This document shows positions 48,600 to 59,896 of a stretch of DNA of 64,000 bases, piece after piece. The DNA comes from Balanoglossus misakiensis (taxonomy: Eukaryota; Animalia; Hemichordata). Under the pieces are notes generated by a model. The model worked only from the letters and a program-made list of their open reading frames with translations. It was not told where the DNA came from and did not search any database. The DNA lies in the NCBI GenBank assembly GCA_040954595.2, contig CM082592.2:1674001-1738000 (forward strand), in the 5' to 3' direction. Numbering within the stretch: the first letter of the stretch is position 1; each line of letters begins with the position of its first letter. The position numbers and the translations under genes are program-made.

Positions 48600-49766
48600 T
48601 ATATACCGTTCTCAACTTGATTACTTCATATTTACAAGGCAGAACAATGAGAGTACGTATTGGGTCGGTGATGTCGGAGGCACAACAGCTGGATTGTGGC
48701 GTTTCCCAGGGCTCTGTCTTGGGACCGGTTTTATTTAGTTTGTATACGACTCCGCTTGAGGACATTATAGATAAACACGGTCTACAAAGTATATTTTATG
48801 CTGATGACTCTCAGTTGTATATTGTTTGCTCTCGTGATTGTGTCCCGAGTAAAATTATTGAGAACTGTATAAGTGAAATTCGCCAGTGGATGCATGATAA
48901 CATGCTTGTACTTAACAATAGTAAGACCGAAGTTATTAGATTCTCTTCTACATGTTCTAAGTTTGGCGATAGGGACCGACCACGAGAGTGTGATGTACAA
49001 GTCAGGGATATCAGCGTCCATTCATCACCTACAGTGATTGACCTCGGTGTCACATTTGATATTATGATGACCATGACATCACATATATCAGCGTATTTTG
49101 CTTTGTGGAGGATTAGTAAAATCCGGAATTGTCTAGACCAAGAATCAACTGAAAAACTTGTTCATGCTTTTATAACTTCTAGGTTAGACTATAATTGTAA
49201 CAGCCTTCTTTATGGTCTGCCAAATTATCAAATCAATAAGTTACAGTCTATTCAACATGCCGCTGCACGTTTAGTCACTAAAAGCAGGAAAACAGAACAT
49301 ATTACACCACTACTTAAGAGATTGCACTGGCTTCCTACACAGAAACGGATTGATTTTAAAATTCTTTGTTTAACCTACAAAGTTTTAATAATATGGCTCC
49401 GTCGTACCTGAAGGAGCTCATAAGTTCTTCTGTCCGTAACCTTCGTTCTACAACTGATTGTTCTTTTATTCTTGATCATCCCAAAGTTAGCACAGTCTTT
49501 TATGGTGACAGGTCATTCTCTACAGGAGCACCGCGGTTGTGGAATAAGCTACCGGTTCCACTCCGTAGCAGTGAGAATTTTAATGTTTTTAAATCCAACC
49601 TTAACACGTTTTTATTCAGGGAATGACTTTTTTATCCATTTTTAACCATCGTATATTTTTTTATTATACATTTTTAGCATTCTATACTTGTCTTTGTATT
49701 TTTAAGCAGCGATGTACAGCGCTTTGGGATGTCTTTTTACATGGAAAGCGTTTATTAACAATTAAA

Positions 49767-49804
<38 letters not shown>
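48600..49804 (+). mobile_element. L2-clade LINE, 5'-truncated, with (TAT)n tail
   Basis: GVSQGSVLGP, YADD, SRLDYNCNSLLYG, LHWLP, APRLWNKLP. L2-type 3' UTR tgtacagcgctttggg. (TAT)n at ~49766-49804. Confidence 0.92.
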
Positions 49805-49807
<3 letters not shown>

Positions 49808-50013
49808 GTTTAGGGGTTTAAAGAATTATATAAACAATTTATAAATTTAATAAGCACGGGTGGATTTTCTGTACAATCATTCCTGATTCTTCAGATTCAT
49901 AATTTAGCGCTAAAGACATCATTTTTCAAAGTGGCCTATATCTAAAATTGCCGACGTTTCAACGCTTTCGTTGGAGATTTTCTACATATTCACAAAAAGA
50001 CCACGGGTATTGT

Positions 50014-50567
50014 TAACCCTGCGTACAGGTCTGTGTGTTCCCGGCGTTACACGGCCTCCACCCACAGCCCTGCAAGGCGCCATAGAAAAAACTGGTGCTT
50101 CTGCGGTCCGGATCCGGACCGCAGCTTTTTCGGCCGAAATTCGATTTTATCGAAGCAAAATCCTTTCCCTGTCTACTTCTGCCTCCTAACCGACTCCAAA
50201 TATGATGCGATTAACTTGTCCTAACGTCCGAACCGCTCGCTTTCTAAAACTTTTATGTTTACCCATGGAGATAAACTCACTGTAAGCCTTATATTTAATA
50301 TGGCGATCTCAACATGTAAACACACAAAAATAAAACAAACGCGAGTGGTTCGGACGTTGGGACAAGTTAATCGCATCATATTTGGAGTCGGTTAGGAGGC
50401 AGAAGTAGACAGGGAAAGAATTTTGCTTCGATAAAATCGAATTTCGGCCGAAAAAGCTGCGGTCCGGATCCGGACCGCAGAAGCACCAGTTTTTTCTATG
50501 GCGCCTTGCAGGGCTGTGGGTGGAGGCCGTGTAACGCCGGGAACACACAGACCTGTACGCAGAGCTA
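50014..50567. mobile_element. Young fold-back MITE (AcademH-type) with ~225-bp near-perfect TIRs
   Basis: taaccctgcgtacagg.. / ..cctgtacgcagagcta. Flanking repeat gggtattgt at 50005-50013 and 50568-50576 (extends to 13 bp if taac is counted). Each arm contains the palindrome ctgcggtccggatccggaccgcag. Confidence 0.85.
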
Positions 50568-51840
50568 GGGTATTGTTAACACTATTTAAAACCTTGTTAC
50601 CCGGTGAGTCTGGTGAGGTAAAAAACTTTACTCTAAACCCAACGCAAGTTTATTTACGTACAACATTGTAGCAATTTTTCGAGTGTACGCGCGCGCTCTG
50701 AAATCGTGCGATGTCAACTGAGTGTGAACGAGCTGTTTCGCGTCGTGTCGTCTGCCCAGTTTTCGTGGCTAAAACGACAGGAATACTACCCCAGTTGGCT
50801 TTAGAATTGCACATATCGTGAGATTTGAGCGCCATAGTAACCGCAGATATCGTGGAACAGGAAGGTTGGTGTTAAAATCATTGTTTTTAATCGAAATATT
50901 GACCTCTGAGTTATGGTACGTTTGTGTCAGTGTCAAACGGACGCAATGTTTACACGTCAGCCAAATAGAATCGGAGAAATGAAGAAATGTTATCACGATA
51001 CTTTGGATTTCGTGTTATTATCTCTCGAGTATTTTATTGTTTTCTCAGACGAGTTTCCGTTTTCAATGTTGAATTTTATGTTTTGACTGCATTTGCTTGT
51101 CCGCTGACGGGTCTTCGCATTCATCAGAAGCTATCGTGCGTCGCTGAGATTTGATTCTTCATAAACGAAAATTGTTTCATCACCATACCAAATAAAACAT
51201 TTCCAGAAATTTAGAAGTTTGAAGACTTTTCTGCTAGTTGTTTATTTAGTGTTGAAGTCACGCTAAACTGCCAAATTTAGCAGGGACTCGCCGTCAACAC
51301 TCAAACAGTGTACTTCTTCTACGAGTGTGTCCTGTAACTGCCTTCCTTCGATAAACATACAACAACAAATAGACGGTAAACGTTTATGCAATACCAATGG
51401 ATTTATGTTTTAAAACTGGTCGACAGTCAGGAAATATGCATGAACAATCGATTGATTGGATTCCCCAGCGATACTATTGTATCTTGTGATTTTTTGTAGT
51501 GAAACTGTGGAAATCGGCAGGCTGCATTGCCAGATGTTCTGCACATGCGCAGTTCCTCTGTATTGAAAGAAAAGTCAGATTTCACCAACTTATAAATGTG
51601 CATTCGGAAAATAAACCCCAAATATTTCTTTGTGACCAAAAATACTGCCAGTGTGATTTTGTGTTCAAATCCAAGCTATTATTATTCAAATTGACTTGTG
51701 ATACCCTCTCTTAGCACAAAAAGCATAATTTCAGCCCCGAAATGGTTGCCATAGAAACATGTGATCACTAAATGGATATCGTTTTTGTTCTTTTTGAGCC
51801 AAAACACCCCTATGGTGAATTTTTTGTGGAAATCGGACCT

Positions 51841-54800
51841 ATTATTATTAAAATTATTATTTTTATATAATTCTTTATTTAATTATCATTTATTCAGAAT
51901 GCACTGCAGGCCTCCAGCCTTTTGTGCCAAAATGCTTTACATTAACATGAACAGTGACCTTTGAAATATGTACAATATATTACAGAACTGAATTCGTGTA
52001 TTAGGACGAATAAAAATCAAAATCTAATTTCTCTCGAGGTATTTTTTCCTCAACTCAAACGCAAAAAATAAGTAGGTACTCAACTTTCTCAGTGTTTCTT
52101 TATGTTGTGAAGATAACAAGGTTTTAAATTTATCAATACTGGGGTTTATGGTGTATTGGGGAGGGAGATATTTTGATCTTAAGGGGTTGTAAAGTTTACA
52201 ATTCAAAAGGAAGTGATACTCATTTTCGATGCTGCCGTCATTACAAATACAGAGTCTGTTCTCTCGTGAAAGTTTCTTATGTCTTCCTTGTTCTATTAAA
52301 AGATTATGACATGATATACGGAAATAGGTGAGCGTGTGTTTAAAAATAGATTTCATAGGGGTCAAAAGGTAAGGTTCAGGTGATAAAGAGGATTTGTACA
52401 ATATATAAGTGTCAAGTCTACTTGAACAGGTAATGGTTGAATGCCACTCTTGTTCATCAATATCTTTACAGCGCTGTTTAAACTCAGAAATAAACTTAGA
52501 CACATTACCAACACCCTGGTTGTACCATGCTTCCGCAAAACCATAGTAAAACAAAATACTTTTCACTGCTTTTGCCCAGCATTCAATCCCTCTCTCAGCC
52601 ATGCTATGCTGTTCAAGATATGCATGATGAACGTATCTGTTTTCGCCCATTTGTAAAATTCTTAACCAGTAATTAATTATTCTATGAAGTCTCATTGTAC
52701 GCATGGTGCACCTCCCAAGCTCACCTCTGGTTGCTGCATTATTCGCTTGGGTATTTAACCTTAAAATGGATTTACAAAATTTAATATGGACACGTTCAAT
52801 GGCTGGCGCTTCAACATAACCCCAAACTTCACTTCCATACGTAAGGATGGGTAGTATTTTGGCGTCGAAAATCTTAAGACACATTTTGATAGGAACATCA
52901 CCCAGGGATTTTAGGCGAGCTGTTAATAAAAAAGTGGCTTTGGAAGCTTGGTCTGCTAGTACTGACTGTGTCTTTGTCCACACACCCCTGCTTGAAAGTA
53001 CTATACCCAAATATTTAAAATAAGGGACAACTTCCCTTGTAACTCCATTTTTCGTAGTGTCTTAATCTACCCCCTTTTCTGAAAACCATAATACTTGTCT
53101 TGTCTAAATTCACAGTCAATTTGTACTTATCACAATAATAACCCAACTGATTTAAAAGTCTCTGGAGTTTTATCTTTGTTTCCGCAATTAGAACTAAATC
53201 GTCGGCAAAGAGAAGGTAGAAAATCTCAATTAAACCCATAGAGCAGCCACTTATCCAGTTATCAGTAACAAATTCATCATGGAGATCGTTAATAAAAAAA
53301 GCGAAAAGATAGGGGGAAAGAATACAGCCTTGTCTGACTCCATGGGGGCAGTGAAAAAACTCGGTCAACCCTTCTCTACCAAGCACACATGTTTTCACAC
53401 TCTTATAAATAGAGGAAAGCATTCTAAACATTTTACCCCGAAGGCCCGCTTTACCCATTTTATAGAAGAGAGCCGCTCTATTGATTCGATCGAATGCCTT
53501 CTCAAAGTCGACAAATGCGCAGTACAACCTGCTTGTTCCTCTCTAAGAGGGGCGCAGTTTTCTTCCCAAAACAAAAGCCTATTATACATTATCCTGGTAA
53601 AAAATTTACTGATTATTGGTAAAAGTGTAATGCCCCTGTAATTATTTGGAATATGTTTATCACCTTTTTTGAAAATAGGAAAAATTATACCCTCAGCCCA
53701 TGCAGTAGGGAAATTACTTGAGTTGAATACTACATTGAATAGATGCCGTAATATGGAAATAAAAACCGGGCTACAATGCTTATAAAATTCGGCAGAAATA
53801 CCATCTATACCAGGTGACTTATTTGATTTTAAACATCTAATACTATATATTATTTCTTCTTCCGTGATTTCCTGGTCGAGTATCTCCAGTACAGTATCAT
53901 CCTCGCTGTATATGTCATCTTCTTTTTGTAGTAGTTCTTCGACGTAGAGTTCCATCCCATCCCATACGTCGGTAAAATGGCTCTGGCTTCCCGAATCAGT
54001 GGGGTTAAACAACTTTAGAAAATACTCGTACCAGTCTTCATTATTTATTAGGGGTGAAGTACAACTTTTGGCACCTTTGAAGTAGTCCCAAAATTTCCTG
54101 TTGTTGTTTTGTTCAAGAGCAAGTTCAATTTTATGTAGAGTATTTGTCTTAAAATGTGCCTTTTTATCCCTGATTAAATTCTGGTAAGCTCTCTTTTGAT
54201 TTCTATAAAGCTCCAAATGATTTGGATTCCTCTCTTGTCTGTACATGTTCAAAAGCCTGTGGACTTTTTTACGCTCAATATAACAATCCTTGTCAAACCA
54301 GTTGTCGTGCGTTTTAGCTTTATGCTGGGGGTAATTTCGTTTAGCAGCAATGTAGAACAAATCATTAAATTTTGTGGCTAGGATGTTACTTTCTGGGTTT
54401 GTTAATAAGAGCTGTAAAAATTCGTCCACAACATCTTGAACAGGAGATTTGTCAAATGAATCGATATAAGACTTTGCATCAAAGAAATATTTACAAAACT
54501 GTTTATAGATAATGGGACTAGTCGTGTTTCTTTCAGTCGAACTAGTATCTATATCGTTGTCAGGAAAGATAACGGAATACTCTAGAGGGAAATGATCGGA
54601 ATCAATTCGACTACCGATTTTGAACTTGGAGATTTTACATAATAAGTCTCTAGAGACAATCAGGTAGTCTACAGAACTCTTCCCTGAAGTACCCACGTAT
54701 AGTCAAGTACAACTGACCCCAAAATTGGCATAACCGTGAAGTACGGTACAAATGCGATTTTTTTGCAGAAAATGATAGTTGAGGGGGTACTGACTCGGAA

Positions 54801-57800
54801 TCAGGTTGATGCCACCTTGGCACCCTTGAGCATTTTTTTTAATTAACGTTTTAAGTCACGCCCACATTTTAAATCTTATAATTACAAAGCCAAAAATGCA
54901 ATTCATATAAATAATGTCTTGTTTGGTATCAAACTAAAGCTAATGCCATGTGAAAAGTAAATATGAACATTATAAGGTTATACGGTCAATGTCAAGGTCA
55001 TATAAGGGCATATTAACATAAAACTGGCCACGCCCCTAAACTGAAACATAATTAAAGAAGAAAAACATATCATGTTTGTTTAATCAAAATGAAGCACACA
55101 CGATGGAGAAAACAAAAATGAGTATTAAAAAGAGCACATGAAATGTTTTAACACCAAAATTTAATTGCCATGGTAATAAGGGCCATATCTTGCCGGGTTG
55201 GGGGGGGGCAGCTTTCATTTTATAGCAATGTTATTTCCTTGGCCATAGTTCACAAAAGGTCAAAGAGATTATTACTGCGCCTTTGGATTTGCACTCACTT
55301 TAGAATCGCTAATTTGTATCCAAAACTGGGCACCGGGGCGTTTTCGAGTTATTGGCTTCCAAATTATATTGGGTAACTTATGTAGAAAACCCTAAAATGC
55401 ATATGAATTGACGTAAGGGGGATATATTAGTCTTGTAAAAGACTGTCTCTCTGAACGTATACCTAAAACAACTGGGATGTATTTGATATCAAAAGAAAGC
55501 TTAATAAACAAGCTTTCCATTAATTACAAAATAAAAGTGATATGACAAATCATGACATCATAGTGACGTCATAAGTCAAAATACCCTTATGAAAATGGTG
55601 TTCTGTTTACCTATAAATGTGAGGTTTTGAAAAACACGTCTCTGTGCAATTGTACTGAAGAAAACTGTGATGTGTTTGGTATCAACAGAAAGTTATTACA
55701 AAAATGATATGGTAATCAATTACATCATACTTCCAAGTGCCCTTACCAACTAGTAACTATGATGACAAGTTACCTAGGAGATAGGTGCCTTTAATATGAA
55801 TTGTTGGTAAGGAAGGTTTGAGAAGTCCATTCTATGTAACAAATGGTGCTGATTCCAAAAAAGTCAGTCTTATTGACCCCACTCAAGATAACATTGCCAT
55901 TTTTGCTGCTTTTTGCCGAAAAAGGTCATTTTTAGAAAACAATTAAAAACAAACTTTTTTTCTCTATAATTGGATTTGATGATGTATGAAGTAGTGACTT
56001 TTCCAAAAAAAGCACTCTTACTGTTCACTTTATTCTTATTTTGTTCACTTTGCTTAAAAGGTAATTACTGTTAGAAAAAATAAAAAAAAACTTATTTTTT
56101 CATATTCAGAGATCTTATGAAGTATGGAAAGTCCATTTTTGTTGAAAGGGACCATTCTTTTCATCTTACAAAATTGTCATTTTCTTTTTTTGTCAAAAAG
56201 TGCTATTTCAAGAACAAATGAAAACAAACTGTTTTCTTCGTATTTAAATGTTTAATGATGAATGGAAAGTCCATTTTTTGCAAAAAATATGCTGATACCA
56301 ACACAAGTCTTATTGAGACACGCCACTAAATACAAAATTGCCGTCTTTTGGTCAACAATTGTCTTTTTCAGAAAAACAAAATAAAATATATGTTTTGCCT
56401 TTTGAGTTCTGATGTTGTATTTGCTTATTTAAAACGTCATAACCATATGATATCAGTTGAATTGATGATATTGAAAGACAGAGTTGCCACAATTTGGCAC
56501 ATTTAACCTAAAATGGAACTCAGCAATAAACGCGACCATCCATGCATACACACTATCTACTATAAGTCGATTATACATGGTATGAAATGTTTATGTAGAG
56601 ATATACCAGCTCCGGAGAAATTGTTGACATTTATCCTTTTCAATCTAAATACAAAAACAGAAATTATATTATATCATGATACCTCCGTCATTCTGATTGG
56701 ACAGAAGTGCAATCCAACGATGCTAAATACTCAATAGAGCACGGCTAAAACTGCCCCTGAACTAGATTTGTTACTTCTTTTCCTCTTGACGCTGGTTCAT
56801 CATCAATATGAGTTCAATTTGGGCTAACTCCAAATGCAAACATTCTTTTCTCTAGAAAATGTTTAAAATGATAAATTTGTCTTGAGTCGGTCTATTTAGG
56901 CTATAAATGGCCAAAAAGGCAATTTTGACTAGAGTGGGATCAACCGTTTTTGGAATAGTCACCAAATTTTTATATAAAATGAACTTTTCTTACATAATCA
57001 GATCTCTAAATATGAAGAAAACAATTTGTCTTTAGTTTAAAAGAAAATGGCATGTTTTAGTATTTTCTAAAAATGACCGTTTTTGGACAAAAAGTATTTC
57101 CATCTTTATTGAGATTAATAAGACTGCTTTTTTCTGGAATCAACACCAATTTTTCCATAAATGGACTTTTCATACATCATAAAATCTCCAAATATTTTTA
57201 ACGTTTGACCTTGAAATTGACTATCTGGGATTTTGAAAAAATGTTATGCTCGTTATCATGCTTATATTTGCTTCATACTTGACATTAGCTTCAGTTTGAT
57301 ACCAAACATGGTATAATTATCTTCTCTCATAATATCAAGGTCAAATGGGCGTGGTCAATTTTAACGTTTGATCTTGAAATTGTCCATCTAGGGTTTTAAA
57401 ATACCATTTAATATGTTTAATTTTGCTTTTTACATGACATAAGCTTCAGTTTGACACCTAATATGGCATGTACGTTACTGCAATGCATGTGTCTTTGGTA
57501 ATTATATGCATTAAAAGTGGGCGTGGCTTAAAACGTTAATAAAAAAAAATGCTCAAGGGTGCCAAAGTGGCATCAACCTGATTCCTTATCAGTATCCCTC
57601 CAACTATCATTTTCAGCAGAAAAATTGCATTTGTACCGTACTTCACGGTTATGTTGTGGTTCTACTTGACTAGTACGTATATTCACCATGGCTGTCATCT
57701 GTTGACCTTCCATTGACAATGTTTAAAGCAGCTGTTTTACATAGACTAATAAGCCTTTCTCCATAATCATTGACTACAGAATCACAGTTGTTTCTTTTAA

Positions 57801-57940
57801 CATAGTGTGCTTCTTCAATGTATGATGGGTCGTCAATAGGGACGTAATCAATGCAATCATGTACAACAGAGTCTTCAAGAGTGCCAGTTCTGGCATTGAA
57901 GTCACCACAGAGTAAAATATTACATTTTTCAAACATGCTA
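51841..57940 (-). mobile_element. RTEX-clade LINE ORF2 (APE + RT + C-terminal Cys/His), interrupted by an Academ MITE
   Basis: ORFs 57670-57936, 53395-54696, 53015-53527 and 52024-53010 give GDFNAR, VDY, SDH, SPGIDG, NYRGITLL, DFEKAFD, GVRQGCILSP, FADD, YGSEVWG and FRISCHNLLIEQGRH..RLCIC..ENEYHFLLNC. Deletion after EEQAG. AAT-rich tail at ~51841-51895. Confidence 0.88.
54700..57672. mobile_element. Non-autonomous Academ element (2973 bp) with 3-bp TSD
   Basis: Termini tagtcaagta / tacttgacta with long imperfect TIRs (>170 bp). TSD gta at 54697-54699 and 57673-57675. Removal restores the RTEX frame GEYTYVGTSGKSSVDY. Confidence 0.9.
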
Positions 57941-57949
57941 TTAATTATT

Positions 57950-58530
57950 ATTATTATTATATTATATCATGCTACCGTCCGCAATTCTGATTGGACGAGA
58001 GCTCAATCGAGTGATGCTAAAATACTCAACAATGCACTGCTGGCAGTGCTAAAACGGGCCCCTGAACTAGCTACGGCAAAAAAATGTGCGGTTAAACCAC
58101 AGTCGCGCGTGTTTAAACCAAATAAATAAAACAAAAATACTGTTGAATTAACGGACGTTTTATTTTGGAACTGCTCAGTGGAAATATTTGTCACTTTGCC
58201 ACGCGCGATGCCCGTCTTGTCTCTTTTTGTCGTCTGCTTCATGTTTAATGCTCGATCCCGGCCGCTCGTGTTTACATTCATCGTCGCCATGTTGGTTCAC
58301 GATCGTATTTCTCTTTCTGACGCCGTTTCGGTAAGAAAATAACACTGATATGCCACAAAAACAGTTTTTGATATAATATAATAGCAATAACCCCCGCCTT
58401 AGTCGGGTATACACTCGATTTGGGTACAATTCGCTCCATATAGCACTCGCCTGATGGCTCGTGCTATATGTCTCGAATTGTACCCAAATATCGCGTATAC
58501 CCGCCTGCGGCGGGGGTTATTGCTTAAATA
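57950..58530. mobile_element. Crypton-type non-autonomous element with long terminal hairpin
   Basis: attatattatatca pairs with tgatataatataat (58369-58382). Hairpin agcaataacccccgcc..gggtatac..gtataccc..ggcgggggttattgct ends in ttaa. The same terminus occurs inverted at 58787 next to the Crypton ORF. A related 5' piece lies at 56660-56765. Confidence 0.72.
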
Positions 58531-58887
58531 AACTTAGCATAAACGCGACGTCCTCAACGAACAAAGAATAAAATATGTTGTGGGTTTTGTTGGTGTGGAC
58601 GAGAAGTGCAATAAAGCTGGGTCATCAGAGTTAACTTTATGTGCAAAACCACACCGTACGCGTAGCTCTTAAAACTATGCACCGTATACATGTTATGTGC
58701 GATCTCGTCTTGAGCAATAAAGGCGATGTGTGCGCGCCCGCGACTGATCTGCCCTGTGTACACACATATATACAGGTAGACTCTTTTTAAGCAATAACCC
58801 CCGCAGGCGGGTATACACGAGCTTTGGGTACAATTCGAGACATACATTGTAGGCCTACATGTATAGTATAGCACGAGCCGTTAGGCG

Positions 58888-59065
58888 CACAGGTGCTCGT
58901 GGACTTGTGCTGTCACAGGGGAGTTCTGTTTTAGACGCTACAAGAGCGTGGGATCTGGGGGGGGGGATCTGCTTGGAAGTCGCTCCAAGCAGATCCCCCC
59001 CATTCGCTTTTGTAGCGTCTAAAATAAAACTCAGCTGTGACAGCACAAGTCCACGAACACCTGTG
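58888..59065. mobile_element. 178-bp palindromic MITE with CAC..GTG termini
   Basis: cacaggtgctcgtggacttgtgctgtcacag.. / ..ctgtgacagcacaagtccacgaacacctgtg is almost entirely self-complementary. No TSD, probably because of an adjacent deletion. Confidence 0.75.
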
Positions 59066-59896
59066 TATGAACACGGCGGTGAAGCAGTTTCAAGAATGGT
59101 TGTCGAGTATGCGCCCAACAGACTCGTCGTATTGTTGATATGCCACCCCAAAATCCGGATAGCCACCTTGCTGCGTATTTTGTTGGAGCCAGGCAGAAAA
59201 ATGGTGAGCAGTATGAACCCGATACTTTGACGAGTTCAATCAGCGGGGAATCGAGCGTTATCTTCAGGACAACGGTTACCCGGTCTCCATCATCCGTGGC
59301 AATGAGTTCCAGCTGACCCGAAAATGCCTCACAGAAAAAAGAGTTGAACAAAAAAACACAGGGACGGGGAAATAAGCCACAAGCTGCCCAAGTGATTACT
59401 GATAAAGAAGAACAACTTTTGATTGAAAGAGGATTTGTCGGTCGATCGACTCCCGAAGCGTTGTTCAACGCAGTTTGGATGAACAACACCAAGATGTTGG
59501 GCTTTCGCGGTGGCCAAGAAAACCGGGAATTGAAATGGGAGGGGGGGTATCAAGCTCAAAAAGACGGCCGACCACAAAGAATATCTCGAATTCAACAAAA
59601 GGGAGACTAAGACCAGGTTTAGACAGGCTGGTGCAAAACCACGACCCTTCAACCCCAAAATCTTTGCAACTCCCGAGAAGCCAGACACATGTCCCATAGC
59701 CACATCCAAGGAGTTGGCAAATCGTCGCCCCGTTGAAATGAATACCCTAGACAGCCCAGTCTACATGGCAATCAATTATTCGCCCTCATCAACCATATGG
59801 TTTAAGAAATCTCCAATGGGAAGGAATAAGTTGGCAACAGTCGTCCAAAGTATGAGCGAGAAAGCAGGCATCAGAAGGGGAAAAAACAATCACAGC

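Noticed and set aside
50033-50548. Two ORFs encoding almost the same peptide on opposite strands
   Set aside because: A by-product of the MITE's long TIRs, with no protein features.
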